DNA of 37,646 bases, from assembly GCA_036275675.1 (NCBI GenBank), contig DASUDH010000080.1, positions 1-37,646 of the forward strand. Direction: 5' to 3'. Shown piece after piece: positions 8,461 through 19,546 of the stretch. A program made the position numbers and the translations under genes. Source of the DNA: Solirubrobacteraceae bacterium (lineage in GTDB: Bacteria > Actinomycetota > Thermoleophilia > Solirubrobacterales > Solirubrobacteraceae). The notes under the pieces were generated by a model. That model was not told the origin of the DNA and did not search any database. It was given only the letters and a program-made list of their open reading frames with translations. How positions within the stretch are numbered: the first letter of the stretch is position 1; the number at the start of each line of letters is the position of its first letter.

Positions 8461-9891
8461 ATGGCCGCCTCACCGACCGTACTGATCCTCGCCGCCGGCC
8501 GGGGCACGCGCATGCGCTCCAGCACGCCGAAGGCCTTGCACGAGCTGTGCGGCCTCCCGATGATCCTGTGGCCCGTGCGGGCAGCGCTCGCCGCCGGCGC
8601 CGCTCGCGTCGTCGTGGTCGACTCCCCTGCGCGCGCGCTCGAACAGGTGCTGCCCGACGGTGTCGAGCTGGCTGTCCAGAGCAGTCCGGACGGCACGGGG
8701 GGGGCCGTCCGTGCGGCCGCCGACCACATCGATCCCGACGCGTCTGTCGTCATCCTCAGCGGGGACGTCCCGCTCGTCAGCTCGATTGCGATCGGCGAGC
8801 TCGTCGACGCCCACACGAGCAGCGGAGCGTCGGCCACGATCGCCACTGCCGTGCTCGACGATCCCAGCGACTACGGCCGGGTCGTGCGCGATGCGGACGG
8901 GTCGGTCGCACGCGTCGTGGAGACCAAGAAGCAGGGCGACGCCACCGACGCCGAGCTTCAGATCCACGAGGTCAACACCGGCATCTACGCGTTCGCCGGC
9001 TCCGCCCTGCTCGGCGCGCTCCCGCGGCTCACCCCCGACAACGCTCAGCGCGAGCTCTACCTGCCGCGGACGCTCGACATCCTGCGCTCGGACGGCGCCA
9101 TCGTCGCGGCTCATATGGTCAACGACGAGCGGCTCGTGCTCGGCGTCAATGACCGGGTCGCCCTCGCCCGTGTGCGTGCGCTCGCCCAGCGAGCCGTCAA
9201 CGAGCGTCACATGCTCTCTGGTGTCACCGTCGTCGATCCGAGCTCCACGTTCATCGACGTCGACGTGGAGATCGCCCAAGACGCTCGCATCGAGCCCGGC
9301 AGTGCGCTGAAGGGAACGACCGTGGTCGGCGCCCACGCCACGGTCGGACCAGCCACGACCTTGATCGATTCGCGTATCGGCGATGGCGCCGTAGTCGGGC
9401 CTCACACCACCGTCAACGCCTCCAGCATCGGGGAACGAGCGATCGTGCACATCTCGTGGCTCGACCGGGCTACCGTCGAGCAAGACGCCACAGTTGGGCC
9501 GTTCGCCTACCTGCGTCCCGCCGCGCTGCTGCGCGAGGGCGTCAAGGCCGGCACGTTCGTGGAGATCAAGAACTCCGATGTCGGACCCCGCACGAAGATC
9601 CCACACCTCTCCTATATCGGCGACGCAGACATCGGATCGGACACCAACCTCGGGGCCGGTACCATCACCGCCAACTACGACGGTCACTCCAAGCACCGAA
9701 CCGCGATCGGCAGTCGCGTGCGTGGGGGAGTCGACACTTCATTCGTCGCGCCCGTCACGGTCGGCGACGACGCCTACACCGCCGCAGGCTCGGTCGTCAC
9801 CGACGACGTGCCTCCGGGAGCCCTGGCGGTCGCACGCGCCCATCAGGAGAACGTCGAGGGCTATGCCGAGCGGCGCGAGAGCGAGTCATAG
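8461..9891 (+). CDS. glmU: Bifunctional GlmU uridyltransferase/acetyltransferase
   Basis: LAAGRGTRMRS..PK, GTGGAV, GDVP, EVNTGIY, hexapeptide repeats, HLSYIGDA, NYDG. Confidence 0.96.
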   Translation: MAASPTVLILAAGRGTRMRSSTPKALHELCGLPMILWPVRAALAAGAARVVVVDSPARALEQVLPDGVELAVQSSPDGTGGAVRAAADHIDPDASVVILSGDVPLVSSIAIGELVDAHTSSGASATIATAVLDDPSDYGRVVRDADGSVARVVETKKQGDATDAELQIHEVNTGIYAFAGSALLGALPRLTPDNAQRELYLPRTLDILRSDGAIVAAHMVNDERLVLGVNDRVALARVRALAQRAVNERHMLSGVTVVDPSSTFIDVDVEIAQDARIEPGSALKGTTVVGAHATVGPATTLIDSRIGDGAVVGPHTTVNASSIGERAIVHISWLDRATVEQDATVGPFAYLRPAALLREGVKAGTFVEIKNSDVGPRTKIPHLSYIGDADIGSDTNLGAGTITANYDGHSKHRTAIGSRVRGGVDTSFVAPVTVGDDAYTAAGSVVTDDVPPGALAVARAHQENVEGYAERRESES

Positions 9892-9940
9892 GAGCCCTGG
9901 CGCGCCGCCGTCTCGGGCTGCGTCTACACTCCAGGATGAG

Positions 9941-10969
9941 ATGAGCAGCGTGATCGACACGCGCACGCAGCCGTCCCCGACGAGCCTGCCGATCGACTAC
10001 GACAAGCGGCTGATGCTCTTCGCGGGACGCGCCAACCCGCAGCTCGCTGTCGACATCGCCGAGAAGCTAGGTGTCGACATCGGCCCGGTGACGCTCAAGA
10101 CGTTCTCCAACGGAGAGGTCTACTGCCGCTACGAGGAGTCGATCCGCGGGGCCGACGTGTTCATCGTGCAATCCACCTGTGGCAACCCGGCCACCGGCGT
10201 CACCGCCAACGACTCGCTGATGGAGCTGCTGTTCATGGTCGACGCCGCCGTCGGCGCCTCGGCGCACCGCGTGATCGCCGTCACGCCGTGGTTCGGCTAC
10301 TCCCGGCAGGACAAGAAGTCCGCTCCCCGCGAGCCGATCTCCGCGCGTCTGGTGGCTCGCATGATCGAGGCCGCCGGCGCCGACCGTGTGCTCACGATGG
10401 ACCTCCACGCCGGCCAGATCCAGGGCTTCTTCCAGAAGCCGGTCGACCACATGACAGCGCTGTTCATGCTCACCCAGTACTTCGGCGACCTGGGGCTCTC
10501 CGATCTCGTCGTGGTCGCCCCCGACGCCGGCCGCGTCAAGCTCAACAAGAAGTTCGCCTCCAAGATCGGCGCCGAGCTCGCGATCCTCGACAAGGAGCGT
10601 CCCGCCCAGCAGGTCGCCGAGATCGGCTACGTCATCGGTGACGTGCAGGGCAAGACCGCGGTGATCGTCGACGACATGATCGACACGGCCGGCACGCTCA
10701 AGGCCGCCGCCCGCACCGTGCTCGACGCGGGCGCCGCATGCGTGTACGCTGCCGCCACTCACGCCGTCTTCTCCGGCAACGCATTCGAGAACCTCGCCGC
10801 CTCGGGGCTCAAGGAGATCGTCGTCACCGACACCATCCCCGTGCGTCCGGGCAGCCCCGAGAATATCCGCGTGCTCCCGTGCGCCGAGCTGCTCACCGAC
10901 TCGATTCGCCGCATCTTCACCGACGACTCAGTCAGCGAAGTCTTCGGCGGCGAGAACCAGCTCTTCTGA
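9941..10969 (+). CDS. prs: Ribose-phosphate pyrophosphokinase
   Basis: FSNGE, YSRQDKK, MDLHAGQIQGFF, VAPDAG, IVDDMIDTAGT; ATG 9941 with TACACT -10 at 9925. Confidence 0.96.
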   Translation: MSSVIDTRTQPSPTSLPIDYDKRLMLFAGRANPQLAVDIAEKLGVDIGPVTLKTFSNGEVYCRYEESIRGADVFIVQSTCGNPATGVTANDSLMELLFMVDAAVGASAHRVIAVTPWFGYSRQDKKSAPREPISARLVARMIEAAGADRVLTMDLHAGQIQGFFQKPVDHMTALFMLTQYFGDLGLSDLVVVAPDAGRVKLNKKFASKIGAELAILDKERPAQQVAEIGYVIGDVQGKTAVIVDDMIDTAGTLKAAARTVLDAGAACVYAAATHAVFSGNAFENLAASGLKEIVVTDTIPVRPGSPENIRVLPCAELLTDSIRRIFTDDSVSEVFGGENQLF

Positions 10970-11449
10970 GTGCCGGCAGTGCCCTCCGAGCTCAGGGCGC
11001 GTCTCCCGCGTGGCGGGCGCCTCGCGCTGATCGCGCCCGCCCTCCTGCTGTTCCTCGCGATCAGCGTCCTGCTCGCGCGCTTCCTCTCAGCGGAGAACGT
11101 CGAACGCGACGACATCCTCGCCCTCCTGCAAGCCGAGGCCGCCGGCGATGAGCGCGGAATGTTCTCGCAGCTCTCCGGCTGCCGTATGAGTCCCGCCTGC
11201 GTGGCGAGCGTCAAAGCCAACGCCGCCGCCTTGCGCCATTCCGGGTCGGTCAAGATCCTCTCGCTCAGCTCGCGCACCGCCTACTCGCTCACCGGCGCCA
11301 CCGCACCCACGCGTGTGGCATGGACCGTGATCGGGAGCCTGCCCACCGTCCAGTGCGTCGAGGTCAGGCGCACCGGCAACTTCATCGCCGGCGTCTCGGT
11401 CGCTCTGCTGTTGCTCAGCGCGCCGATCCCAAACGAAGGGGATTGCTAA
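10970..11449 (+). CDS. Membrane-anchored hypothetical protein with four Cys
   Basis: Fills the prs-rplY gap exactly, N-terminal TM helix, host-like codon usage. Confidence 0.7.
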   Translation: MPAVPSELRARLPRGGRLALIAPALLLFLAISVLLARFLSAENVERDDILALLQAEAAGDERGMFSQLSGCRMSPACVASVKANAAALRHSGSVKILSLSSRTAYSLTGATAPTRVAWTVIGSLPTVQCVEVRRTGNFIAGVSVALLLLSAPIPNEGDC

Positions 11450-11465
11450 AGTCCTCGGCCTTCTC

Positions 11466-12137
11466 ATGGCCACCACCACGACCAAGCTCGACGTCGCCCG
11501 CCGCGAGCCGCACGGCTCACGTTCGGCGCGTCGCCTGCGCCGCAGCGGACGCATCCCTGGGGTGCTCTACGGCGGCGGCTCCGAATCCGTGAGCTTCAGC
11601 GTCGACGCGCGCGAGCTGCGCCTCGCGCTCGCCGGCTCGGGCGCCGTGGTCGATCTCAGCATCGACGGCTCGAAGCCCACCCCGGTAGTGCTCAAGGAAG
11701 CCCAGCGCGATCCTGTGCGCGGCCAAACCACCCACGTCGACCTCCTGCGCGTAAGCCTTGACAAGCCGATTCACGCGGTCGTGCCACTCGAGCTCACCGG
11801 CATCGACGACACCCCCGGCGTCAAGGAAGGCGGGATCCTCGAGCACGTCACCCGCGAGCTGAACATAGAGGCGCTCCCCACCGCCATCCCGGAGTCGATC
11901 GTCCACGAGGTCGGCGAGATGCAGATCGGCGACACGCTCCTGCTGGAGGTGATCGTCGCTCCCGAGGGTGTCACGCTGCTCGACGATCTCACCATCACGG
12001 TCGCCACGCTCTCCGCTCCCCGCCTGCAAGTCGAGGAGGAGGCGGAGATCGAGTCCGAGACGGAGCTCGTCGGCGAGGACGGCGCCGAGGACGGCGAGGC
12101 GCCCGCAGACGACGGCGCCTCCTCCTCCGAGGAGTAG
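11466..12137 (+). CDS. rplY: 50S ribosomal protein bL25/Ctc (long form)
   Basis: ARRLRRSGRIPGVLYG, QRDPV..HVDL, GVKEGG, acidic tail; prs-rplY-pth synteny. Confidence 0.95.
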   Translation: MATTTTKLDVARREPHGSRSARRLRRSGRIPGVLYGGGSESVSFSVDARELRLALAGSGAVVDLSIDGSKPTPVVLKEAQRDPVRGQTTHVDLLRVSLDKPIHAVVPLELTGIDDTPGVKEGGILEHVTRELNIEALPTAIPESIVHEVGEMQIGDTLLLEVIVAPEGVTLLDDLTITVATLSAPRLQVEEEAEIESETELVGEDGAEDGEAPADDGASSSEE

Positions 12138-12140
12138 CTG

Positions 12141-12785
12141 CTGCGCCCCTTCGGCGGCGGCGCTCCGGTCGACTGGCTGATCGTCGGGCTGGGCAACCCC
12201 GGTCGCGAGCACGCATCCACCCGCCACAACGTCGGCTTTATGGTCGCCGAGGAGCTTGCCGAGCGCTGGGAGCTTGGGCGGACCAAAGGCCGCTTTCGCG
12301 GATGCCTCGCCGAAGGCCGCGCACCGGCGGGATTGGAGGGCGGTGTGTCCGGGGGGGTGTCCGGTGGTGGCATGTCTGCGCAACCGGATGTCCCGCGCGC
12401 GCGTGCGCGCGTGGCAGTGCTCTTGCCGCAGACCTACATGAACGACGTCGGACGCTCTGTCGGCCCCGCCCGTGGCTCCCTCAAGCTCCCGCTCGAGCGG
12501 GTGCTCGTAGTCCACGACGAGATCGACCTGCCGTTCGGTGACGTGCGCGTGCGGCTCGGTGGCGGTCTCGCCGGCCACAACGGCCTGAAGTCGCTCAAGC
12601 GCGAGCTCGGCAGCGCCGACTTCATGCGCGTGCGCGTCGGCGTCGGTCGCCCCGCCTCCACCGACCCTGAGATCGTCTCCGCATACGTGCTCGGACGCTT
12701 TCGTGAGCCCTCCACCGAAGTCAAGGACCTGATCGACCGTGCCTGCGAGGCGGTCGAGCGCGTCGTCGTCGATGAAGCGCAGTAG
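12141..12785 (+). CDS. pth: Peptidyl-tRNA hydrolase; apparent CTG start
   Basis: LIVGLGNPG..TRHNVGF, PQTYMN, VHDEIDL, GHNGLKS, RVRVGVGRP; the conserved N-terminus lies upstream of the first ATG (12240). Confidence 0.92.
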   Translation: MRPFGGGAPVDWLIVGLGNPGREHASTRHNVGFMVAEELAERWELGRTKGRFRGCLAEGRAPAGLEGGVSGGVSGGGMSAQPDVPRARARVAVLLPQTYMNDVGRSVGPARGSLKLPLERVLVVHDEIDLPFGDVRVRLGGGLAGHNGLKSLKRELGSADFMRVRVGVGRPASTDPEIVSAYVLGRFREPSTEVKDLIDRACEAVERVVVDEAQ

Positions 12786-12853
12786 CCCATGACGGCGATT
12801 AGCTCGACCATCGCCATGGTTCGGCCCACAATCCCTCCGGAGGAGGGCTGACG

Positions 12854-15800
12854 ATGGCCCTGCGCTCGCTGCTCGGCGCGATCGACCAAGACGCCGGCGC
12901 CCGCAGGCTCGCGCGCGAGGGCGGTCACGCGTTCGTCTCCGCCTCGCTGCGCCCCTACACGATCGCGGCGCTCCTCGATCGCGACGCGGAGCGTCCCGCA
13001 CTCGTGGTCGTCGGCGACGATCGTGCCGCGCGCGACCTGGCTGGCGATCTGCGTGCCTGGCTTGCTCCGCGGCGCGTGCGCTTCTACCCCTCGCGCGGCG
13101 TGGCCTACGAGTCGCACCTCACCCCGCCCCCACATCTCGTCGGGCTGCGCGTCGCCGCGCTCGACACTCTGCTTCCGCCGGTCGGCGGCGACGTCGAAGC
13201 GCCTGTGGTGGTCGTCTCGGCTGTCGCCCTCTCCGAGAAGGTGCCCGACCCGCAGCTGCGTCCGCGCTCCTTCACGTTGCGCGTCGGTGAGCTGCTCGAC
13301 CTCGGCGAGTGCGCCGGTGAGCTCCTCGGGGCCGGCTACGAACGCGTCGACCAGGTGGGGGAGCGCGGCCAGTTCGCGTTGCGCGGAGGCCTGCTCGACG
13401 TGTTTCCCGCCACCGAGGAACACGCCGTGCGCGTCGACATGTTCGATATCGAGATCGAATCGCTGCGCTGGTTCTCGACGTTCACCCAACGCTCGCTCGG
13501 CGAGGTCGATGAGGTCGAGATCGCGCCCGCCGCCGAGCTCGCGCCCGAGCACCGCGAGCTCGCCGAGATCGCGGCCGCAACCGGCGCCTTCACGGTGGCC
13601 GCGGGCGACGGGTCAGACAGAAGGCCGGACATCGCCGAGTTGCTCCCCGTAGAGCGCTTCGGTGCCCTGCTCGACCTGATCGGCCCGGACACCGAGCTGA
13701 TCGTAGCCGCCGAGGAGGAGCTGGCGCCCGCGCTCGGCGACCACTGGAGCGACGTGTGCGCGGCATTCGCCGACGAAGACGCCCATCACCTGTATGTGAG
13801 CCCACAGGAGGTACAGGCCGCCGTTGCCGCCCGCACGCGGATCTGGCTCTCCTCGATGTCAAGCGGCCAGGAGATCGCACTACGGGCATCGACCGCCGAC
13901 ACCGCCGCGCGCTCGCTCGCCGAGGCCGAGCCAGAGCTCGAGAAGCTCGTGCGCTCCGGCTACCGCACGGTCGTCGCCTTCCCCCGGCGCGGCGAAGGCG
14001 AACGCGCTGCCTACAACCTCGGCCGTCTGCAGGCCGACTGGCTCGACGGTGACGTCGACGTCGCGCGCGCCCCGCTCGAGCCGTCGCTACGCTTCGCCGT
14101 GGCCTCGCTGCGCGAGGGCTTCGTAGCACCGTCGCTCAAGCTCGCGGTCTTCCCCGAGCGCCGTCTCCTGCGCCGCCGACGCGCCGAGCGCGGTGGCGCG
14201 GCAGCTCCCGACGATCTCTCCGGTCCCGCGCGGCGGGGCGCGTTGCGCTCGTTCACCGAGCTGCGCACGGGTGACATAGTCGTGCACGAGGACCACGGGA
14301 TCGCGCGCTTCGCGGGCTTTCAGACACGCACCGTCGCGAGCGTCACGCGTGACTATCTCTATCTCGAATACCAGGGCGACGACCGCGTGTTCGTTCCCAC
14401 CGACCAGCTCGCGAAGATCTCGCGCTACGTAGGCGCGGGCGGCGCAGCCGGCGCCCCGCCGCTGTCCAAGCTCGGAGGTTCGCGCTGGGAGGCGATGAAG
14501 GCCAGGGCTCGCCGCGCCGCCCAGGAGCTGGCGGGCGAGCTGCTCAACCTCTATACCGAGCGTCGTCGCCGCGCCGGCCACGCCTTCGAGCCCGACTCCG
14601 ACTGGCAGCGCGAGTTCGAGGAACACTTCCACTACATCGAGACCCCCGACCAGCTCGAAGCGATCGAGCTCGTCAAGGCCGACATGGAAGCGCCCCGCCC
14701 GATGGACCGGCTCGTGTGCGGGGACGTCGGCTACGGCAAGACCGAGGTCGCGCTGCGCGCCGCCTTCAAGGCAGCCGGCGAGGGCAAGCAGGTCCTGATG
14801 CTCGTACCCACGACGATCCTCGCCCAGCAGCACTACGGCAGCTTCTCCGAGCGTCTTGCCGACTACCCGCTCACCGTCGAGCACGTCTCGCGCTTTCGCA
14901 CCCCCGCAGAGCAGAAGGCGGCGCTCGCAGGCTTCGCCCAGGGGCGCATCGACATCCTGATCGGCACCCACCGCGTGCTCTCGCGCGACGTGCGCGCCAA
15001 GGACCTCGGGTTGCTGATCGTGGACGAGGAGCAGCGCTTCGGCGTGAAGCAGAAGGAACTGCTGCGCCAGCTCAAGCTGAAGGTCGATGTGATCTCGATG
15101 TCCGCCACCCCGATCCCGCGCACCCTGCAGATGTCGCTTGCGGGGCTGCGCGAGATATCCGTGATCGAGACGCCCCCTGAGGGCCGCCTGCCCGTCAAGA
15201 CCTATGTGGGGGAGTACGAGGAGGAGCTCGTCAAGCGGGCGATCGTGCGCGAGCACGAGCGGGGCGGGCAGGCTTTCTTCCTGCACAACCGCGTCGAGTC
15301 GATCGACGGCACCGCCGAGCGCCTGCGTGCGCTGTGCCCCGGCGTTCGCTTCGCGGTGGCCCACGGCCAGATGGGCGAGGGCGAGCTGGAGGCGGTGATG
15401 ATGGACTACCTGCAGGGTGGCGCCGACGTGCTCGTGTGTACGTCGATCATCGAGTCGGGCATCGACATCCCGCAGGCCAACACCCTGATCGTGGAGCACG
15501 CCGACGCGTTCGGCCTCGCTCAGCTCTACCAGATCCGCGGGCGGGTCGGGCGCAGCCATGAGCGCGCCTACGCCTACCTTTTGTATGACTCGGCCGCCGC
15601 GCTCACATCCGAGGCTGCTCAGCGGCTCTCGGCGCTGTCCGACTACACCGAGCTCGGCGCTGGCTTTAAGGTCGCGATGCGCGACCTCGAGATCCGCGGC
15701 GCCGGCAACCTGCTCGGCGACGAGCAGTCGGGCCACGTCGCCGCGCTCGGCTTCGAGCTGTACATGCAGATGCTCGACGAAGCGGTCCGTAATGCCGGGC

Positions 15801-16276
15801 CTGCCGGCGTCGAGCGGGACGGCGAGCTGCCCGAGCCGGTGCGTCTCGACGTCAACGTCAACGCCTACATACCAACCGACTACGTCCCCTACGAGCAGGC
15901 CAAGATCGAGGTCCACCGTCGCGTCGCAAGCGCCCTGGAGGTCGCCGAAATCGAACGCCTTCGCGAGGAGCTCGAGGATCGCTTCGGGCCCGTCCCGGAG
16001 CCGCTCGGCAACCTGTTGGCGTTGCAACGCGCCCGCATCAAGTTTGGCCAGGCCGGCGCGCAGGCCGTGAGCTTTCGCGGCGACCGGCTTGCGGTGACGC
16101 CGATCGAGCTCGACTCCGTGCGAGCCAAGCGACTGCGTGAGGAGCTCCCCGATGCGCTGTACGAGTCGGGACGCTCACAGGTCTCCGTGCGCGTCCCGCG
16201 TGAGGGCGAGGAGCGCTTCCCGACGGTCGTGCGCGCAGCCGACGTGCTGCTCGCGGTCGTGCGCGAGGCCGCTTAG
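12854..16276 (+). CDS. mfd: Transcription-repair coupling factor
   Basis: CarD/RID VVHEDHGIARF, GDVGYGKT Walker A, DEEQRFG, QIRGRVGR, TRG DLEIRGAGNLLG; GGAGG SD. Confidence 0.97.
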   Translation: MALRSLLGAIDQDAGARRLAREGGHAFVSASLRPYTIAALLDRDAERPALVVVGDDRAARDLAGDLRAWLAPRRVRFYPSRGVAYESHLTPPPHLVGLRVAALDTLLPPVGGDVEAPVVVVSAVALSEKVPDPQLRPRSFTLRVGELLDLGECAGELLGAGYERVDQVGERGQFALRGGLLDVFPATEEHAVRVDMFDIEIESLRWFSTFTQRSLGEVDEVEIAPAAELAPEHRELAEIAAATGAFTVAAGDGSDRRPDIAELLPVERFGALLDLIGPDTELIVAAEEELAPALGDHWSDVCAAFADEDAHHLYVSPQEVQAAVAARTRIWLSSMSSGQEIALRASTADTAARSLAEAEPELEKLVRSGYRTVVAFPRRGEGERAAYNLGRLQADWLDGDVDVARAPLEPSLRFAVASLREGFVAPSLKLAVFPERRLLRRRRAERGGAAAPDDLSGPARRGALRSFTELRTGDIVVHEDHGIARFAGFQTRTVASVTRDYLYLEYQGDDRVFVPTDQLAKISRYVGAGGAAGAPPLSKLGGSRWEAMKARARRAAQELAGELLNLYTERRRRAGHAFEPDSDWQREFEEHFHYIETPDQLEAIELVKADMEAPRPMDRLVCGDVGYGKTEVALRAAFKAAGEGKQVLMLVPTTILAQQHYGSFSERLADYPLTVEHVSRFRTPAEQKAALAGFAQGRIDILIGTHRVLSRDVRAKDLGLLIVDEEQRFGVKQKELLRQLKLKVDVISMSATPIPRTLQMSLAGLREISVIETPPEGRLPVKTYVGEYEEELVKRAIVREHERGGQAFFLHNRVESIDGTAERLRALCPGVRFAVAHGQMGEGELEAVMMDYLQGGADVLVCTSIIESGIDIPQANTLIVEHADAFGLAQLYQIRGRVGRSHERAYAYLLYDSAAALTSEAAQRLSALSDYTELGAGFKVAMRDLEIRGAGNLLGDEQSGHVAALGFELYMQMLDEAVRNAGPAGVERDGELPEPVRLDVNVNAYIPTDYVPYEQAKIEVHRRVASALEVAEIERLREELEDRFGPVPEPLGNLLALQRARIKFGQAGAQAVSFRGDRLAVTPIELDSVRAKRLREELPDALYESGRSQVSVRVPREGEERFPTVVRAADVLLAVVREAA

Positions 16277-16402
16277 CGATCGCGCGCGGGGGCCTTCGCG
16301 ATCGCGTGCACGGGCGCCTGGCAATCGTACGTAAGGTGCCCAGGGCGCATTAATGAAGTTCTTAAGCACGGCTCGGGGAGTTTCCGCTAGAGTGCCCGCG
16401 TC

Positions 16403-17608
16403 GTGTCCAAGCTATCGGGTCACATTGCGGCGCTCGGCGCCGTTTTGCTTACAGGTCTGACGCTCACAGCGTGCGGCGGAGGCATTCCCGGCAACGCCGT
16501 CGTCAGCGTCAACGGCACTGCGATCACGAGCACCACGTTCAACCATTGGATGATGGTCGCCGCCGGCTCGAGCTCGCCCGCCGCCGCCACGGGCCAGGCC
16601 GCTCCCAAGCCGGTCGTTCCCGATCCTCCCACCTACAAAGCTTGTGTCGCGCACCTCGAAGCCACGGCGCCGAAGCCCGCCAAGGGCCAGCCCAAGCCGA
16701 CCGCGGCGACGCTCAAGACGCAGTGCGAACAGCAGTACACCGCGCTCAAGCAGCAGGTGCTCGGCTTCCTGATCTCCGCCAACTGGGTGCTCGGCGAGGC
16801 TTCCGACCAGGGAGTCAAAGTCTCCGACAACGAAATCAAGAAGCAGTTCAACCAGATCAAGAGCCAGCAGTTCCCCAAGGAAGCGGATTTCCAGAAGTTC
16901 CTGGCCAACTCGGGACAGACGGTCTCCGACCTGTTGCTCCGCGTGAAGCTCGACATGCTCTCCTCGAGGATCCAGAAGAAGGTCACCAAGGACGCAGCCA
17001 AGAAGCCGAGCCAGAAGGAAATCGCGGCCTACTACGAACAGCACAAGTCGCAGTACGGTCAGCCCGAACGACGCGACATCCTGATCATCCTCACCAAGAC
17101 CCAGGCTCAGGCCGAAAAGGCCAAGCAGGAAATCCAGTCCGGCAAGAGCTTCGCGAGCGTCGCCAAGAAGTACTCGATCGACCCGGTCAGCAAGGCCTCC
17201 GGCGGATCGCTTCCTGGCGTCGTCAAGGGCCAGGAGGAGAAGGCGCTCGACACGGCGGTCTTCACCGCCAAGCTGAATGTGCTGGGCGGTCCGGTCAAGA
17301 CGCCGTTCGGCTACTACATCTACGAAGTGAAGAAGACGCTCCCCGCGAGCCAGCAGGCGCTCTCGCAGGTGCAGTCCTCGATTCAACAGCAGCTCACCGC
17401 CCAGAAGCAGCAGAAGGCGCTCAGCGAATTCGTCAAGAACTTCCGCAAGAAGTGGGAAGCTCGCACCGAATGCCGCGCCGCCTATTCGGTGAAGGACTGC
17501 AAGGGCTACAAGGCTCCCACCATCCCCACGCTGCCCAGCACCGGCACGCCCGTGCCACAGACGGGAGCCCCCACGACCGGCTCGTCCGGGACCACCACCA
17601 AGAAATAG
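16403..17608 (+). CDS. prsA: PrsA/SurA-like parvulin foldase lipoprotein
   Basis: Lipobox LTAC, FASVAKKYSID..GGSL, PVKTPFGYYI; lies between mfd and eno. Confidence 0.85.
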   Translation: MSKLSGHIAALGAVLLTGLTLTACGGGIPGNAVVSVNGTAITSTTFNHWMMVAAGSSSPAAATGQAAPKPVVPDPPTYKACVAHLEATAPKPAKGQPKPTAATLKTQCEQQYTALKQQVLGFLISANWVLGEASDQGVKVSDNEIKKQFNQIKSQQFPKEADFQKFLANSGQTVSDLLLRVKLDMLSSRIQKKVTKDAAKKPSQKEIAAYYEQHKSQYGQPERRDILIILTKTQAQAEKAKQEIQSGKSFASVAKKYSIDPVSKASGGSLPGVVKGQEEKALDTAVFTAKLNVLGGPVKTPFGYYIYEVKKTLPASQQALSQVQSSIQQQLTAQKQQKALSEFVKNFRKKWEARTECRAAYSVKDCKGYKAPTIPTLPSTGTPVPQTGAPTTGSSGTTTKK

Positions 17609-17651
17609 CTCCCGTCCTGGTCTCATCGCCGGCGGGGAACGATCCGGATAA

Positions 17652-18989
<1,338 letters not shown>

Positions 18990-19174
18990 CACAACGGGTC
19001 GCGAGGACACCGTTTAGAGCACACCGCGGGGCGGTATGCTCAACGATGCCGGGCGCGACCTCATTCGCGCGCAACTCAGCCACACGATCAAGACACAGCC
19101 GAGCAGAAGAGCGTGATCGCGCCCGGCGTGGTTCTGAGAGCAGGAAGTCGGTGCGTAAGGGCGAATGCGACGAT

Positions 19175-19522
19175 ATGCCCGCCGCCTCCGCCTACAGAAC
19201 TCCAGCCCCTCCTCGCCGATCCGCGTCCGTCCCTGCGGTCGCGCGGGTACGCTGGGACCGGCTGGGACGCATCGCGATGCTTTGCGTGATGGTGGCGATC
19301 GTCTACCTCTACCTGAGTGCCGGCGTCCGTCTCTTCTCGACCTGGCGCGAGTCGGGGCGCGATCGCGCCCAGGTCCACGCGCTCGAACACCAGAACCGCC
19401 TGCTCCAGCGCCAGCACGCCGCGCTCGCGAGCCCGGGCATCGTGCAGGCGGAGGCGCGTCGTCTCGGGATGGTCCATCCAGGCGAGCAGGCCTACATCGT
19501 CAGCGGCTTGCCCTCCAACTGA
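19175..19522 (+). CDS. FtsB/DivIC-like septum formation initiator
   Basis: One TM plus coiled coil plus EARRLGMVHPGE; follows eno; possible upstream in-frame ATG at 19046. Confidence 0.8.
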   Translation: MPAASAYRTPAPPRRSASVPAVARVRWDRLGRIAMLCVMVAIVYLYLSAGVRLFSTWRESGRDRAQVHALEHQNRLLQRQHAALASPGIVQAEARRLGMVHPGEQAYIVSGLPSN

Positions 19523-19546
19523 GAGGCGCTGCTAGCCTCGCCGTTC

